Shown here piece by piece: positions 1 through 10,608 of a stretch of DNA of 64,000 nt. Positions within the stretch are counted from its first letter, which is position 1. The number at the start of each line of letters is the position of its first letter. The DNA comes from an uncultured Actinomycetota bacterium. GTDB lineage: Bacteria > Actinomycetota > Actinomycetes > Actinomycetales > Micrococcaceae. The stretch spans positions 3,132 to 67,131 of the forward strand of contig CAVUHG010000010.1 of assembly GCA_963741265.1 (NCBI GenBank). The letters run 5' to 3'. Position numbers and translations under genes: made by a program. The notes under the pieces were generated by a model. That model saw only the letters and a list, made by a program, of their open reading frames with translations, was not told the origin of the DNA and did no database searches.

Positions 1-381
1 GCCCGCCCGAACGACGAGCGCGCCTCACGTTCGCTGCACGGCCTGACCCGCACCCTGATCGCCAACATGATCCAGGGTGTCACCGCAGGCTACGAGAAGA
101 AGCTTGAAATTGTCGGTACTGGTTACCGCGTTCAGGCAAAGGGTTCTGACCTGGAGTTCGCTCTGGGCTACAGCCACCCGGTAAATGTCTCGGCACCGAA
201 CGGCATCACCTTTGCAGTAGAGACCCCGACCAAGCTCTCTGTTTCAGGTATCTCCAAGCAGCAGGTCGGCGAGGTTGCTGCCAACATTCGCAAGCTGCGG
301 AAGCCGGACCCCTACAAGGGCAAGGGCATCCGTTACGCAGGCGAAGTCATCCGCCGCAAGGTCGGAAAGGCTGGTAAGTAA
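1..381 (+). CDS. rplF: 50S ribosomal protein L6 (5'-truncated by window)
   Basis: Frame open from base 1; L6 C-terminal motif [13 protein letters not shown]; spc operon order. Confidence 0.97.
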   Translation, partial: ARPNDERASRSLHGLTRTLIANMIQGVTAGYEKKLEIVGTGYRVQAKGSDLEFALGYSHPVNVSAPNGITFAVETPTKLSVSGISKQQVGEVAANIRKLRKPDPYKGKGIRYAGEVIRRKVGKAGK

Positions 382-383
382 CC

Positions 384-767
384 ATGGCGATCGCAATTAA
401 CAAGAAGCGTACGAACAAGAGCAAGTCTGCCCAGCGCAGCCGCCGCCAGCTTCGTATCCGCAAGCGCATCTCCGGCACGGCTGTACGTCCTCGTCTGGTC
501 GTCAACCGTTCCGCACGCCACGTATTCGTCCAGGTTGTCGATGACACCCAGGGCCTGACCGTAGCGAGCGCCTCCACACTGGAAGCCGACCTTCGTGCAT
601 TCGATGGTGACAAGACTGCCAAGGCCAAGCGCGTTGGCGAGCTCGTCGCCGAGCGTGCCAAGGCTGCCGGTATCGAAGCAGTTGTCTTCGACCGCGGTGG
701 TAACAAGTACCACGGCCGGATCGCCGCCGTCGCTGACGGCGCACGTGAAGGTGGGCTGTCACTGTGA
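384..767 (+). CDS. rplR: 50S ribosomal protein L18
   Basis: RPRLVVNRS...[14 protein letters not shown] motifs. Confidence 0.97.
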   Translation: MAIAINKKRTNKSKSAQRSRRQLRIRKRISGTAVRPRLVVNRSARHVFVQVVDDTQGLTVASASTLEADLRAFDGDKTAKAKRVGELVAERAKAAGIEAVVFDRGGNKYHGRIAAVADGAREGGLSL

Positions 768-1474
768 CCGAAAATAACGAAAAGGACATTCAGGTGACTG
801 AAGCTGTAGCTGCTCCGGCAACTGAGACCGCTGCGCCTGCTACCACTGACGGCGCCCGTGGTGGCGCTCGTCGTGGCGAGCGTGGCGACCGCGGCCAGGG
901 CCGTGGCGACCGTGGTGGCCGTGGTGGCCGCGACGGTGGCCGCGAAGCCGAAAAGAGCCAGTTCGTAGAGCGCGTCGTAACCATCAACCGTGTTTCCAAG
1001 GTCGTCAAGGGTGGTCGTCGCTTCAGCTTCACCGCCCTCGTCGTCGTCGGTGACGGCAACGGTATGGTCGGCGTCGGCTACGGCAAGGCTAAGGAAGTTC
1101 CTGCCGCAATCGCGAAGGGCGTTGAAGAGGCCAAGAAGTCCTTCTTCCGCGTTCCCCGCATCGGCAGCACCATCCCGCACCGCGTTCAGGGTGAAGCCGC
1201 CGCAGGCGTCGTCATGCTGCGTCCGGCTTCCGCCGGTACCGGTGTTATCGCCGGTGGTCCGGTCCGTGCAGTACTGGAGTGCGTGGGCATCCACGACATC
1301 CTCTCCAAGTCGCTCGGGTCTTCCAACGCCATCAACATCGTTCACGCGACCGTTGACGCGCTGAAGCGCCTCGAAGAGCCGGCAGCAGTGGCAGCACGCC
1401 GCGGCCTCCCGCTCGACGAGATCGCTCCGCCGGCAATGGTGAAGGCGCTCCTGAACCAGAAGGCAGGTGTCTGA
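764..1474 (+). CDS. rpsE: 30S ribosomal protein S5
   Basis: [16 protein letters not shown] motif; RG-rich N-terminal extension; GTGA overlap with rplR. Confidence 0.97.
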   Translation: MTENNEKDIQVTEAVAAPATETAAPATTDGARGGARRGERGDRGQGRGDRGGRGGRDGGREAEKSQFVERVVTINRVSKVVKGGRRFSFTALVVVGDGNGMVGVGYGKAKEVPAAIAKGVEEAKKSFFRVPRIGSTIPHRVQGEAAAGVVMLRPASAGTGVIAGGPVRAVLECVGIHDILSKSLGSSNAINIVHATVDALKRLEEPAAVAARRGLPLDEIAPPAMVKALLNQKAGV

Positions 1475-1477
1475 GTC

Positions 1478-1684
1478 ATGGCTAAGAACGTGCTTGTCTC
1501 CGATGCAAAGTTGGAGATCACTCAGATTAAGTCCGCCATTGGCGGCAAGCAGAACCAGCGCGACACCCTGCGGTCCCTCGGCCTGAAGCGGATCGGACAC
1601 ACTGTTGTCCGCACCGCCGACGCCGTAACCGTCGGAATGGTCAACACGGTTCCGCACCTGATAAAGGTAGAGGAGGCGAAGTAA
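1478..1684 (+). CDS. rpmD: 50S ribosomal protein L30
   Basis: ITQIKSAIG...[10 protein letters not shown]. Confidence 0.95.
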   Translation: MAKNVLVSDAKLEITQIKSAIGGKQNQRDTLRSLGLKRIGHTVVRTADAVTVGMVNTVPHLIKVEEAK

Positions 1685-2176
1685 ATGGCAGAGAAGAAAA
1701 CCGCCGAAAAGGCACAGGGCACCGCTGAGAAGCAGAACGCCCTGAAGGTTCACCACCTGCGTCCCGCCCCGGGTGCCAAGACCGCCAAGACCCGTGTTGG
1801 TCGTGGTGAAGGTTCCAAGGGTAAGACCGCTGGTCGTGGTACCAAGGGTACGAAGGCCCGCTACCAGATCAAGGCTGGCTTTGCCGGCGGCCAGCTGCCG
1901 CTGCACATGCGCCTCCCGAAGCTGCGCGGCTTCAAGAACCCGTTCCGGGTTGAGTTCCAGGTTGTAAACCTGGACAAGCTCAACGAGCTGTTCCCGGAAG
2001 GTGGCGCTGTCACCGTGGAGAACCTGGTCGAAAAGGGTGCCGTTCGCAAGAACCAGCCCGTCAAGGTGCTGGGCACCGGCGACATCACCGTCAAGGTTGA
2101 CGTCACCGTCCACGCATTCTCGGCCAGTGCCGCAGAAAAGATCGAAGCAGCAGGCGGAACCACCACCGCCCTCTAA
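1685..2176 (+). CDS. rplO: 50S ribosomal protein L15
   Basis: [16 protein letters not shown]...[12 protein letters not shown]. Confidence 0.97.
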   Translation: MAEKKTAEKAQGTAEKQNALKVHHLRPAPGAKTAKTRVGRGEGSKGKTAGRGTKGTKARYQIKAGFAGGQLPLHMRLPKLRGFKNPFRVEFQVVNLDKLNELFPEGGAVTVENLVEKGAVRKNQPVKVLGTGDITVKVDVTVHAFSASAAEKIEAAGGTTTAL

Positions 2177-2205
2177 CGAGGCGGCGGGGCAACAGCCCGT
2201 TGTTG

Positions 2206-2249
2206 AACTCCCGGTACCGGGGCCCAGGCCTCCGGTACCGGGAGTTTTT
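2206..2249 (+). terminator. Intrinsic terminator after rplO
   Basis: 15-bp stem aactcccggtaccgg/ccggtaccgggagtt followed by a T-run. Confidence 0.8.
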
Positions 2250-2361
2250 CTTGATTTCAGGGCCCCGCCGATTGTTCGCAGGGCGCCTTCACCCGTTAGA
2301 CTCGGTTGTTGGGTTTATTTGACCTGGCTCACACGACTTTACTTATTACTCAGGAGGACGC

Positions 2362-3673
2362 TTGCTTAGCGCATTTGGCCGGGCCTTTCGCACGCCTGAT
2401 CTGCGACGCAAGTTGTTGTTCACGCTGGGAATCATCACAATCTTCCGCTTGGGTGCCTTCATCCCCTCGCCTGGTGTGAACTACCAGAATGTCCAGCAAT
2501 GCTTGCAGAACGGTCAGACCTCGGGCGGGATCTACCAGCTCGTCAACCTGTTCAGCGGCGGTGCATTGCTGCAGGTCTCGATCTTCGCGCTCGGGATCAT
2601 GCCGTACATCACGGCGAGCATCATCGTGCAGCTGCTCCGGGTGGTCATTCCCCGGTTCCAGTCAGCTGTATGAGGAAGGCGCCTCCGGGCAGTCGAAGCT
2701 GACGCAGTACACGCGTTACCTCACGATCGCCCTGGGCCTCCTGAACGCGACCACACTCGTGTCGCTGGCCCGTTCCGGCCAGCTGCTGCCGAACTGCCAG
2801 CTGCCGATCATCCCGGACACGAGCATCGTCACCACGATCCTCATCATCATCACGCTCACGGCCGGCACCGGCCTGATCATGTGGATGGGCGAGCTCGTCA
2901 CCGAAAAGGGTGTCGGCAACGGTATGTCGCTCCTCATCTTCACGTCCATCGCCGCTGGCTTCCCGGGATCGCTCGGCGCGATCTGGAAGGCGCAGGGCCC
3001 GGGCACGTTCTTCATGGTCCTGGCCATCGGTCTCCTCACCGTGGCCCTCGTGGTCTTCGTGGAGCAGTCCCAGCGCCGGATCCCGGTGCAGTACGCCAAG
3101 CGCATGATCGGCCGCCGCACCGTGGGCGGCACCAGCACGTACATCCCCATCAAGGTGAACATGGCCGGCGTCGTTCCCGTCATCTTTGCGTCCTCGATGC
3201 TGTACCTGCCGGGCCTGATCTCGCAGTTCAACCAGCCCGCCGCAGGCCAGCCGGTGGCACCCTGGGTCGAGTGGATCAACAACAACCTGACCCGCGGCGA
3301 CCACCCGATCTACATGGCTCTCTACTTCGCCATGATTGTGTTCTTCACGTACTTCTATGTTGCGATCACTTTCAACCCTGAAGAAGTTTCTGACAACATG
3401 AAGAAGTACGGCGGCTTCATTCCGGGTATCCGTGCCGGCAAGCCGACCGCGGACTACCTGCAGTACGTGCTTTCCCGGATCACCCTGCCCGGTGCCATTT
3501 ACCTGGGCTTCGTGGCACTGATCCCGCTGATCGCACTCGTCCTGATCAACGCCAACCAGAACTTCCCGTTCGGTGGCACCTCGATCCTGATCATGGTCGG
3601 CGTCGGTTTGGAGACCGTCAAGCAGATTGACGCGCAGCTACAGCAGCGTCACTACGAAGGGCTTTTGCGATGA
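2362..3673 (+). CDS. secY: Preprotein translocase SecY (apparent +1 frameshift at ~2662)
   Basis: N-half (IFALGIMPYITASII) in ORF 2362..2673, C-half (FGGTSILIMVGV) in ORF 2489..3673; deleting T2662 restores RFQQLYEEG. Confidence 0.95.
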
Positions 3674-4248
3674 CGAGAATGTTGATTATCGGACCTCCCG
3701 GGTCCGGCAAGGGAACGCAGGCGGAACGCATTTCGGAGCGCCTCGGCGTCGTTGCGATCTCCACAGGCGACATCTTCCGTGCCAACGTCAAGGGTGAGAC
3801 GCCGCTGGGCCTCGAAGCCAAGACGTTCATGGACGCCGGGGACTTCGTTCCGGACAGCGTGACGAACAAGATGGTCCGCGACCGCCTCAGCGAGGACGAC
3901 GTCGAAAACGGCTTCCTGCTCGACGGCTACCCCCGCACCACCGCGCAGGTGGACTACCTCGACGAGATCCTGGCCAACGGTGACCAGAAGCTCGACGTCG
4001 TCCTCCAGCTCACGGCCGACGACGAGGAACTCGTCGCGCGCCTCCTGGGCCGCGCCAAGGAAACCGGACGCAGCGATGACAACGAAGGCGTCATCCGGCA
4101 CCGCCTTGACCTGTACCACGACCAGACGGAAGCCGTGGTGTCCAAGTACGCCGAGCGCGGCATCCTGACCCAGGTCGACGGCATCGGCGGCATCGACGAG
4201 GTCACCGACCGCGTCATGCAGGCCATCAAAGAGGCCCAGTCGGCCTGA
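3670..4248 (+). CDS. adk: Adenylate kinase
   Basis: GPPGSGKGTQ P-loop; FLLDGYPR. Confidence 0.97.
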   Translation: MTRMLIIGPPGSGKGTQAERISERLGVVAISTGDIFRANVKGETPLGLEAKTFMDAGDFVPDSVTNKMVRDRLSEDDVENGFLLDGYPRTTAQVDYLDEILANGDQKLDVVLQLTADDEELVARLLGRAKETGRSDDNEGVIRHRLDLYHDQTEAVVSKYAERGILTQVDGIGGIDEVTDRVMQAIKEAQSA

Positions 4249-4355
4249 CCAGGCCGTAGACGATTGAGGCCCCTCCCGGACACCGGGAGGGGCCTCAGCC
4301 ATTTGGCCGCGCCCACCCCCGGGAACAGCGCGGTCCCACCGAAAGGAAGCTGCAG

Positions 4356-5183
4356 ATGGCCTTCGGCCAGCCCCGCATCGAATACAAGACCAACGCCCAG
4401 ATGCGCACCATGCACGAGGCCGGCCTGGTGCTCAGCCGTGCCCTCGACGCTGCGGTGGCGGCAGCCGCGCCGGGAAAGACCACCCGGGACCTCGACGCGG
4501 TGTTCGCGGCAGTCCTCAAGGAGGCCGGCGCCACGTCCAACTTCCTTGGATACCACGGCTTCCCGGCCACCATCTGCACGTCGGTCAACGAGGAAGTGGT
4601 GCACGGCATCCCGGGCGACCGGATGCTGCGTGACGGGGACATCATCTCGATCGACGGCGGGGCGATCCTGGAAGGCTGGCACTCCGACTCGGCCCGGACC
4701 GTGATCGTCGGGACTGCCGACCCGGAAGACCAGCGGCTCTCCGACGTCACGGAAGCGGCGATGTGGCACGGCATTGCCGCCCTCGCCAACGGCAAGTTCG
4801 TCGGGGATATCGGCGGCGCGGTGGACGACTACGTCTCATCCGTCCCGGGCAAGCCGCTCGGAATCCTGGAGGACTACGTGGGCCACGGCATCGGCTCCGA
4901 GATGCACATGGCCCCGGACGTGCCGAACTTCCGGACCAGCCACCGCGGCCCGAAGATCCGGCCGGGGCTGTGCCTCGCCATTGAACCCATGCTGGTCCGC
5001 GGAAGCATCGACACGGCTGTCCTGGACGATGACTGGACCGTGGTGACCACCGACGGCAAGCGGTCCTGCCAGTGGGAGCACTCCGTCGCGGTCCACGAGA
5101 ACGGCATCTGGGTCCTCTCGGCACCGGACGGGGGAGCGGCGAAGCTGGCACCCCTCGGCGTCGTGCCCGTCCCGATTCCCTGA
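4356..5183 (+). CDS. map: Type I methionine aminopeptidase
   Basis: SVNEEVVHGIP, GHGIG, AIEPM, WEHSV motifs. Confidence 0.96.
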   Translation: MAFGQPRIEYKTNAQMRTMHEAGLVLSRALDAAVAAAAPGKTTRDLDAVFAAVLKEAGATSNFLGYHGFPATICTSVNEEVVHGIPGDRMLRDGDIISIDGGAILEGWHSDSARTVIVGTADPEDQRLSDVTEAAMWHGIAALANGKFVGDIGGAVDDYVSSVPGKPLGILEDYVGHGIGSEMHMAPDVPNFRTSHRGPKIRPGLCLAIEPMLVRGSIDTAVLDDDWTVVTTDGKRSCQWEHSVAVHENGIWVLSAPDGGAAKLAPLGVVPVPIP

Positions 5184-5224
5184 CCGGACGCGCACCGCGA
5201 CACGCAAAGTTGTCGGCGACGCAG

Positions 5225-5268
5225 AAAATCCCTGGCGCTACCGGAATTCCGGTAGCGCCAGGGATTTT
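5225..5268. terminator. Bidirectional terminator between convergent map and ABC SBP gene
   Basis: Perfect 44-bp palindrome aaaatccctggcgctaccggaa|ttccggtagcgccagggatttt. Confidence 0.85.
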
Positions 5269-5285
5269 GCGTATCGCGAGGGCAA

Positions 5286-6632
5286 CTAGCTCTTGAGCTT
5301 GGGCTTCACGTCCTTGGTGTAGATCCCTTCCAGTGTGGCCTTGAGCTCGGTCATGGTGGCTTTGACGTCCCCCTGCTGGGTGAGGACCTTCGCGGCGGCC
5401 TTGGCCATTTCCTGGTCCGCGCCCGGCAGGAACACCCGGGCGTTGTCCTGGACCCGGGTGACGGCGAGCTGGTCCATGGCGGTCTTGATCTGCGGCGTCT
5501 TGGCGAGCACGGTGGTCATGTCCGCCGACGTACGGGTGGGCATGTAGCCGGTGGCCGCCGAGAACTCCGCCGTGCTCTCGGGCTCGGTCATGAACTTCAG
5601 GAAGGTCGCGGCCGCGAGCTGCACCTCCTTGCTGACGCCGCTGGGGATGCCGAGTCCGGCGCCGCCCGTGGGGCAGACGCCGCTCTCCATCTTGGGGCCG
5701 CCCGGCAGGAATCCGACGCCGACGTTGAACTTCGCGGACTTCAGCACACCCAGCAGCGAACCGGTGGAGGAAATCGTGGAGGACGTGATGCCGGCGGCGA
5801 AGTCGTCCGCGGCTTCCTTCGAGGAGACGCCGGCCCACTTGTCCTTGTAAATGGAGTCCTGCGCCCACTGCAGCGCTGCGACCGACTCCGGCGAGTCGCA
5901 GTTGAAGGTCCACTCATTGGACCAGCTGCCGCCCCAGCCCCAGAGGTTGTTCTGCAGCGTCCAGCCCGCGTACCCGGCCAGGGCGGGGTAGATGTAGGCG
6001 TATTGCGCTCCGGAGCTGGCCTTGAGTTTGGGCGCCCATTCGCCGAACTCCTGCCAGGTTTTCGGGGCACGGTCCGGAAGCCCGGCGGCCTGGAAGTGGT
6101 CCTTGTTGTAGTAGAACAGCGGGGTGGAGCGGCCGTAGGGCAGTGCCCACTGCTTGTCCGCGTACTTGTAGTCCGCGATGAGGGACTTCTGGAAATCGTC
6201 CACCTTGATGTCCAGCTGCTTGATCAGCCCGTTGAGCGGGATGATGTTGCCGTTGGTGTAGTAGCGGAACCACCACACGTCGGAGAGGACCACGAGGCCC
6301 GGCAGCGCCGATTTCGCAGCCTGCGACGTCTGGAACTTCTGCGCGATCTCCTCGTAGTTGGCCCCGGCGGTCACGAGGTTGACCTTGATGTCCGGGAACT
6401 TCGCGTGGAACTTCTCGATGATGGATTTTTCAACGTCCTGGGACTTGCCGGGGTGGCTGGTCCAGAAATCGATCGACGCGGCCGGCTTGACGCCGCTGAA
6501 ATCGATATCGGCGGCACCTGTTGCCGCCGCGGTGCCGCCGGTGGACGGACCGCCGCAGGCGGCCAGCGCCGCGGCACCTGCCCCGGCGCCGGCCAGTCCC
6601 AGGAAATGTCTGCGGTCAAGATTCAATGCCAT
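5286..6632 (-). CDS. ABC transporter substrate-binding lipoprotein (CUT1/UgpB-like), Tat signal
   Basis: DRRHFLG twin-arginine motif, LAAC lipobox, LPYGRSTPLFYYNKD. Confidence 0.85.
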   Translation of the reverse strand: MALNLDRRHFLGLAGAGAGAAALAACGGPSTGGTAAATGAADIDFSGVKPAASIDFWTSHPGKSQDVEKSIIEKFHAKFPDIKVNLVTAGANYEEIAQKFQTSQAAKSALPGLVVLSDVWWFRYYTNGNIIPLNGLIKQLDIKVDDFQKSLIADYKYADKQWALPYGRSTPLFYYNKDHFQAAGLPDRAPKTWQEFGEWAPKLKASSGAQYAYIYPALAGYAGWTLQNNLWGWGGSWSNEWTFNCDSPESVAALQWAQDSIYKDKWAGVSSKEAADDFAAGITSSTISSTGSLLGVLKSAKFNVGVGFLPGGPKMESGVCPTGGAGLGIPSGVSKEVQLAAATFLKFMTEPESTAEFSAATGYMPTRTSADMTTVLAKTPQIKTAMDQLAVTRVQDNARVFLPGADQEMAKAAAKVLTQQGDVKATMTELKATLEGIYTKDVKPKLKS

Positions 6633-6701
6633 GGTGGATCCTCTCGGTGGTGCGACTGGTTAGCTGTGGTGACTGGATTGCGGTGGGTCTTGGGGGCGGA
6701 A

Positions 6702-7601
6702 TCAGCCGGTGACGCTGCCTTGCGTCAGGCCGGCCACGATGTAGCGCTGCAGGGCCGCGAACACCAGCAGGATGGGGACGATCACCAGGACCGCACCGGC
6801 CATCAGGATGCCCCAGCCGGAGCCGTTGCCTTCCGAGTTCTGCAGCAGGGTCAGGCCCACGGGAAGGGTCATGGTCTCCGGCCGGTCGGTGATGATCAGC
6901 GGCCAGATGTAGTCGTTCCATTCGCTGACCACGGTGACCAGGGCCACCGTGGCGATGGAGGGCACCGAGACGGGAACCACGATCCGCCAGAGGCGGCGCC
7001 AATGGCCGGCGCCGTCGATCTCGGCTGATTCGAGGATGGAGGCCGGAAGGGTCAGGAAGTGCTGGCGCAGCAGGAAGGTCCCGAACGCGGTGCCCAGGCC
7101 GGGGAGGATGATGCCCCAAAGTGTGTTCTTCCCGCCCATGCCGGCGATCAGGATGTAGTTCGGCAGGATCGACACCTGCGGCGGCACCATCAGGGCCACG
7201 AGGATCAGCACGAAGATCACGTTCTTGTAAGGGAACCTGACAAAAACGAGCGCATAGGCCGTCAGGATGGCCAGGAGCACCTTGATGGTCGCGCCCACCG
7301 TCGTGACAATCAGGCTGTTCAGGAAGAACCTGGCGAACGGCACTGTGGTCATGGCGATGTTGTAGTTCTCGAAGTTGAGGCCCTCCGGCAGGATCTTCAG
7401 GTCCATCGTGATGATCTCGCCCGGCTGCTTGAGGGAGCTCAGGACCATCCATAGCAGCGGCAGGAACACCACCAGCGTGGCGAGGATCAGCGGGACATAG
7501 CCGCCGGCGATCGTCTGCACGAGGTTGGCGCGGGAAAACGGCCTGTGGCGCTGCAACGGGATTTCCGGTCCGTCGCCGGAAGCGGTGGCGGGAGCCGGCA
7601 T
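6702..7601 (-). CDS. Carbohydrate ABC permease (UgpE/MalG-like)
   Basis: EAA loop ESAEIDGAG; hydrophobic helices; start may be GTG 7641 if an indel lies near 7605. Confidence 0.85.
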   Translation of the reverse strand: MPAPATASGDGPEIPLQRHRPFSRANLVQTIAGGYVPLILATLVVFLPLLWMVLSSLKQPGEIITMDLKILPEGLNFENYNIAMTTVPFARFFLNSLIVTTVGATIKVLLAILTAYALVFVRFPYKNVIFVLILVALMVPPQVSILPNYILIAGMGGKNTLWGIILPGLGTAFGTFLLRQHFLTLPASILESAEIDGAGHWRRLWRIVVPVSVPSIATVALVTVVSEWNDYIWPLIITDRPETMTLPVGLTLLQNSEGNGSGWGILMAGAVLVIVPILLVFAALQRYIVAGLTQGSVTG

Positions 7602-7637
7602 TCGCGGCGGGGTCGGGGCTGACGGGCGACAGCGTGC

Positions 7638-8591
7638 TCACGAGTAGTGCACCTTCCGTTCGACGAACCGCAATTGCAGCACGGTGATGATGAGCAGGAT
7701 GGCGAAGAGCACCACGGAGATGGACGCCGAGTAGCCGGCCCGGTTGAAGGCGCCGAAGGCCTGCAGGTAGGCCTCATAGATCAGCGTGCTGGTGCCGTTG
7801 CCCAGCGGCGTCATGATCCGGATCAGGTCAAAGGCCTGCAGCGAGCTGAGCATCGTGGTGATGAGCAGGAAGAACGTGGTGGGGGACAACAGCGGCACCG
7901 ACATGCTGAGGAACCGGCGGAACCCGTTGGCGCCGTCCAGGGAGGCGGCCTCCATGACGTCCTGGGGGAGTGACTGCAGCCCGGCGAGGTAGACCACCGC
8001 GCAATAGCCCAGGTTCTTCCAGATGTAGACAATGATGACCATGACCAGCGAGAGCTGGGGATCGTTGATCCACTGCGGGCTCTGCTGGCCGATGCCGCGC
8101 AGCAGCCAGGACAGCACCCCGTAGCCGGGGTCGAAGATGAACAGCCAGACCAGGCCGACGCCGACCCCGCTGAGGACATACGGGGCGAAGACCGCGGAGC
8201 GCGCAAAGGTGGTGCCGCGGACCTTGGAGTTCAGCGCGAGGGCCACCAGCAGTCCCAGCAGCATGGAGCCGCCCACAGTGACAAGCGTGAAGAGGGCAGT
8301 GGTCCCGAGGACCTTGGCGGCATCCGCGCTGGTGAAGAACGTGACGTAGTTGTCGAAGCCCACCACCGTCGCCGACGCCGATCCGAGGGTCCAGTCCAGC
8401 GTCGAGTAGTAGATGTTGTTGAACAGCGGAAGATACGTGAACACCGCGATCAGGATGAGGTTGGGTAACGCCAGGGCCAGGAACACAAAGAAGTCCCGCC
8501 GGGTTCTGCCGGACCAGCGGGCGCGCGGCGTCTTGGCCGGACTGGCCTCGGTGCGCGCGGCCGGCGGCCGGTCAGTCAGTTGTCGAGTCAT
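7638..8591 (-). CDS. Carbohydrate ABC permease (UgpA/MalF-like)
   Basis: EAASLDGA loop; TM helices. Confidence 0.88.
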   Translation of the reverse strand: MTRQLTDRPPAARTEASPAKTPRARWSGRTRRDFFVFLALALPNLILIAVFTYLPLFNNIYYSTLDWTLGSASATVVGFDNYVTFFTSADAAKVLGTTALFTLVTVGGSMLLGLLVALALNSKVRGTTFARSAVFAPYVLSGVGVGLVWLFIFDPGYGVLSWLLRGIGQQSPQWINDPQLSLVMVIIVYIWKNLGYCAVVYLAGLQSLPQDVMEAASLDGANGFRRFLSMSVPLLSPTTFFLLITTMLSSLQAFDLIRIMTPLGNGTSTLIYEAYLQAFGAFNRAGYSASISVVLFAILLIITVLQLRFVERKVHYS

Positions 8592-8851
8592 TCAGTTCTC
8601 TAACGGGTCCGGGCCTGCCGAGGGCAGGCGGGTGGGCGGAGGCAACTGCTTCACTTCACCACATGGTTGGTGGGCAGACTCGCTCACAAGACCCCAATAG
8701 AGCATTGTTGTTCAAGGCTTCCTTGCCCGTTAACGCTGTGTTGCTTGCAGTATTACATAACGTTTGTTTGCAGTCCCGGGGTTTGGCCCAGCGATTTGAA
8801 AAACTCCCGCCGAAGGACGGCGCCGGCGGGACCGGGGCGCACAATGGAGCC

Positions 8852-9859
8852 ATGACTGCGATTACCGATATTCCGGGCGTACGGGTGGGGCATGCGGGCA
8901 AATCCGGGGACGGCTGGTTGTGCGGAGTGACCGTGGTCCTGCCGCCGCCCGGCACCGTCGGCTCGGTCGACGTGCGGGGCGGCGGACCCGGCACCCACGA
9001 GACCGACGCCCTGGACCCCACCACCCTGACCTCGCACGTGGACGCCGTGGTGCTCACCGGCGGCAGCGCCTACGGACTGGTGTCCGCCCACGGCGCCCAG
9101 CGCTGGTGCGAGGAGCATGGCCGCGGCTTCCCGGTCACCGGGGGTGTGGTCCCCATCGTGCCGGCCGCGGCGATCTTCGATCTGGGCCGCGGCGGAAACT
9201 TCACGGCCCGGCCGGACGCCGCCATGGGCTATGCGGCCACCGCGGATGCCGCGGCCCGGGAGGACGGGCACGACGTCGAACGCGGCAACGCAGGCGCCGG
9301 CACCGGAGCGGCAATCGGCAGGGGACAGTTCAAAGGGGGAGTGGGTACAGCCTCGATCACCCTGGACAACATCTCCCCAGACGGGCCGGTCGTCGTCGGG
9401 GCCCTGGCGGTGGTCAACGCGCTGGGACTGCCCTTCGGCACATCGCCGAGGGTTGCGGCCGCTGCGGCGAAAGCCGGGGACGGCCCGGTCGGCGCGTCTG
9501 CGCCGGAGTCACCCCTGCCGCCGCCACCCCCGCTCAACACCACTCTCGTCGTCGTCGCCACCAATGCCGTCCTGGACAAGGCCGAGTGCAAGCGCACGGC
9601 GTCCGCCGCCCACGCCGGCCTGGCCCGTGCGCTGAACCCCAGCCACACCCTCGCGGACGGGGACACGGTGTTCTGCCTGGCCACCGGGGGCATCGCGCTG
9701 GACCGCAGCAGCGAAGCGGCGCGGCAGCTGAGCCTGGTCACACTCCAGAGTGCGGCAGCCGACGTCGTGCGCCTCGCGATCCTGGACGGCATCTCCAGCG
9801 CGGCGGCCGTGAGCACTCCGGGCGGCGATTTTCGTGCATACGGCGACTTTGTGCGCTAG
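8852..9859 (+). CDS. P1/S58 (DmpA-like) peptidase
   Basis: ITDIPGVRVGH, DVRGGGPGTHET, LTGGSAYGL, NTTL, DGDTVF. Confidence 0.88.
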   Translation: MTAITDIPGVRVGHAGKSGDGWLCGVTVVLPPPGTVGSVDVRGGGPGTHETDALDPTTLTSHVDAVVLTGGSAYGLVSAHGAQRWCEEHGRGFPVTGGVVPIVPAAAIFDLGRGGNFTARPDAAMGYAATADAAAREDGHDVERGNAGAGTGAAIGRGQFKGGVGTASITLDNISPDGPVVVGALAVVNALGLPFGTSPRVAAAAAKAGDGPVGASAPESPLPPPPPLNTTLVVVATNAVLDKAECKRTASAAHAGLARALNPSHTLADGDTVFCLATGGIALDRSSEAARQLSLVTLQSAAADVVRLAILDGISSAAAVSTPGGDFRAYGDFVR

Positions 9860-10028
9860 CATTGCTGGATTTAACATTCGGCCTGCAATGGCGTAATGTT
9901 GTCTGTTGGTTGTCTGCCCTGTTGTGCCCTTTTAGGGACCGGGAGGCGTCAGCCAAACAATCAAAAAACGTCCGCGGTCATGACCGGTGCAATCCGGAGG
10001 GCTGCGGCAACAACAGTTAGCGGAGGGT

Positions 10029-10250
10029 ATGGCCAAGAAGGACGGGGTCATTGAGATCGAGGGCGTTGTGACTGAGGCGCTGCCTAACGCGATGTTTCGC
10101 GTTGAGCTCACCAACAAGCACATCGTTCTGGCACACATCTCTGGAAAGATGCGCCAGCACTACATCAGGATTCTCCCTGAGGACCGGGTAGTGGTGGAGC
10201 TGAGCCCGTACGACCTGACACGTGGTCGTATCGTCTACCGCTACAAGTAA
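10029..10250 (+). CDS. infA: Translation initiation factor IF-1
   Basis: [12 protein letters not shown]...[11 protein letters not shown]; GGAGG RBS. Confidence 0.97.
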   Translation: MAKKDGVIEIEGVVTEALPNAMFRVELTNKHIVLAHISGKMRQHYIRILPEDRVVVELSPYDLTRGRIVYRYK

Positions 10251-10319
10251 ACACTGGGCGGCCAGAGCAACAGCCGAAGGCCGGTCCAGCTGACCAACTG
10301 CAACACGCAAAGGAACGCC

Positions 10320-10433
10320 ATGAAGGTCAAGCCGAGCGTCAAGCAGATCTGCGAAAAGTGCAAAGTGATCCGCCGTAATGGCCGGGTCATGGTGATCTGC
10401 GAGAACCCGCGCCACAAGCAGCGCCAGGGCTAA
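10320..10433 (+). CDS. rpmJ: 50S ribosomal protein L36 (Zn-ribbon type; not in ORF track)
   Basis: Translates [37 protein letters not shown]; AAGGA RBS. Confidence 0.97.
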   Translation: MKVKPSVKQICEKCKVIRRNGRVMVICENPRHKQRQG

Positions 10434-10608
10434 TTTCCCTCTTCGGGAAATCCTGGGTTGCTAACCCACGCAAGTAAATAAAAGGCAGCACAAGCTGATC
10501 TGGGACATATGGGCCCGTACAGCTAACCCCCGGTCGGAGGCTGGGGCCGCACAGAATGTGCGGGTGTACTGCCTACGACCTCCGGTTTATTCAAGGAGCA
10601 CTGCCTCT

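Noticed and set aside
347-2113. Long antisense and alternate-frame ORFs (e.g. 347..2113, 36215..37804, 41635..43467, 45935..47620, 58338..59924)
   Set aside because: Shadow ORFs expected from high-GC codon bias opposite or overlapping real genes; no recognisable motifs.
2362-3673. secY, glmM, tsaE or treZ as true pseudogenes or programmed frameshifts
   Set aside because: Mostly essential genes, otherwise intact, with no slippery heptamers; indel error is more parsimonious.
4265-4298. Hairpin between adk and map as a novel element
   Set aside because: Single GC stem without a U-tract or second copy; an ordinary intra-operon stabiliser or terminator.
8592-8850. PHO boxes upstream of the ABC importer
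   Set aside because: GTTCA and GTTAA-like words occur but not as a convincing 11-bp-spaced array.
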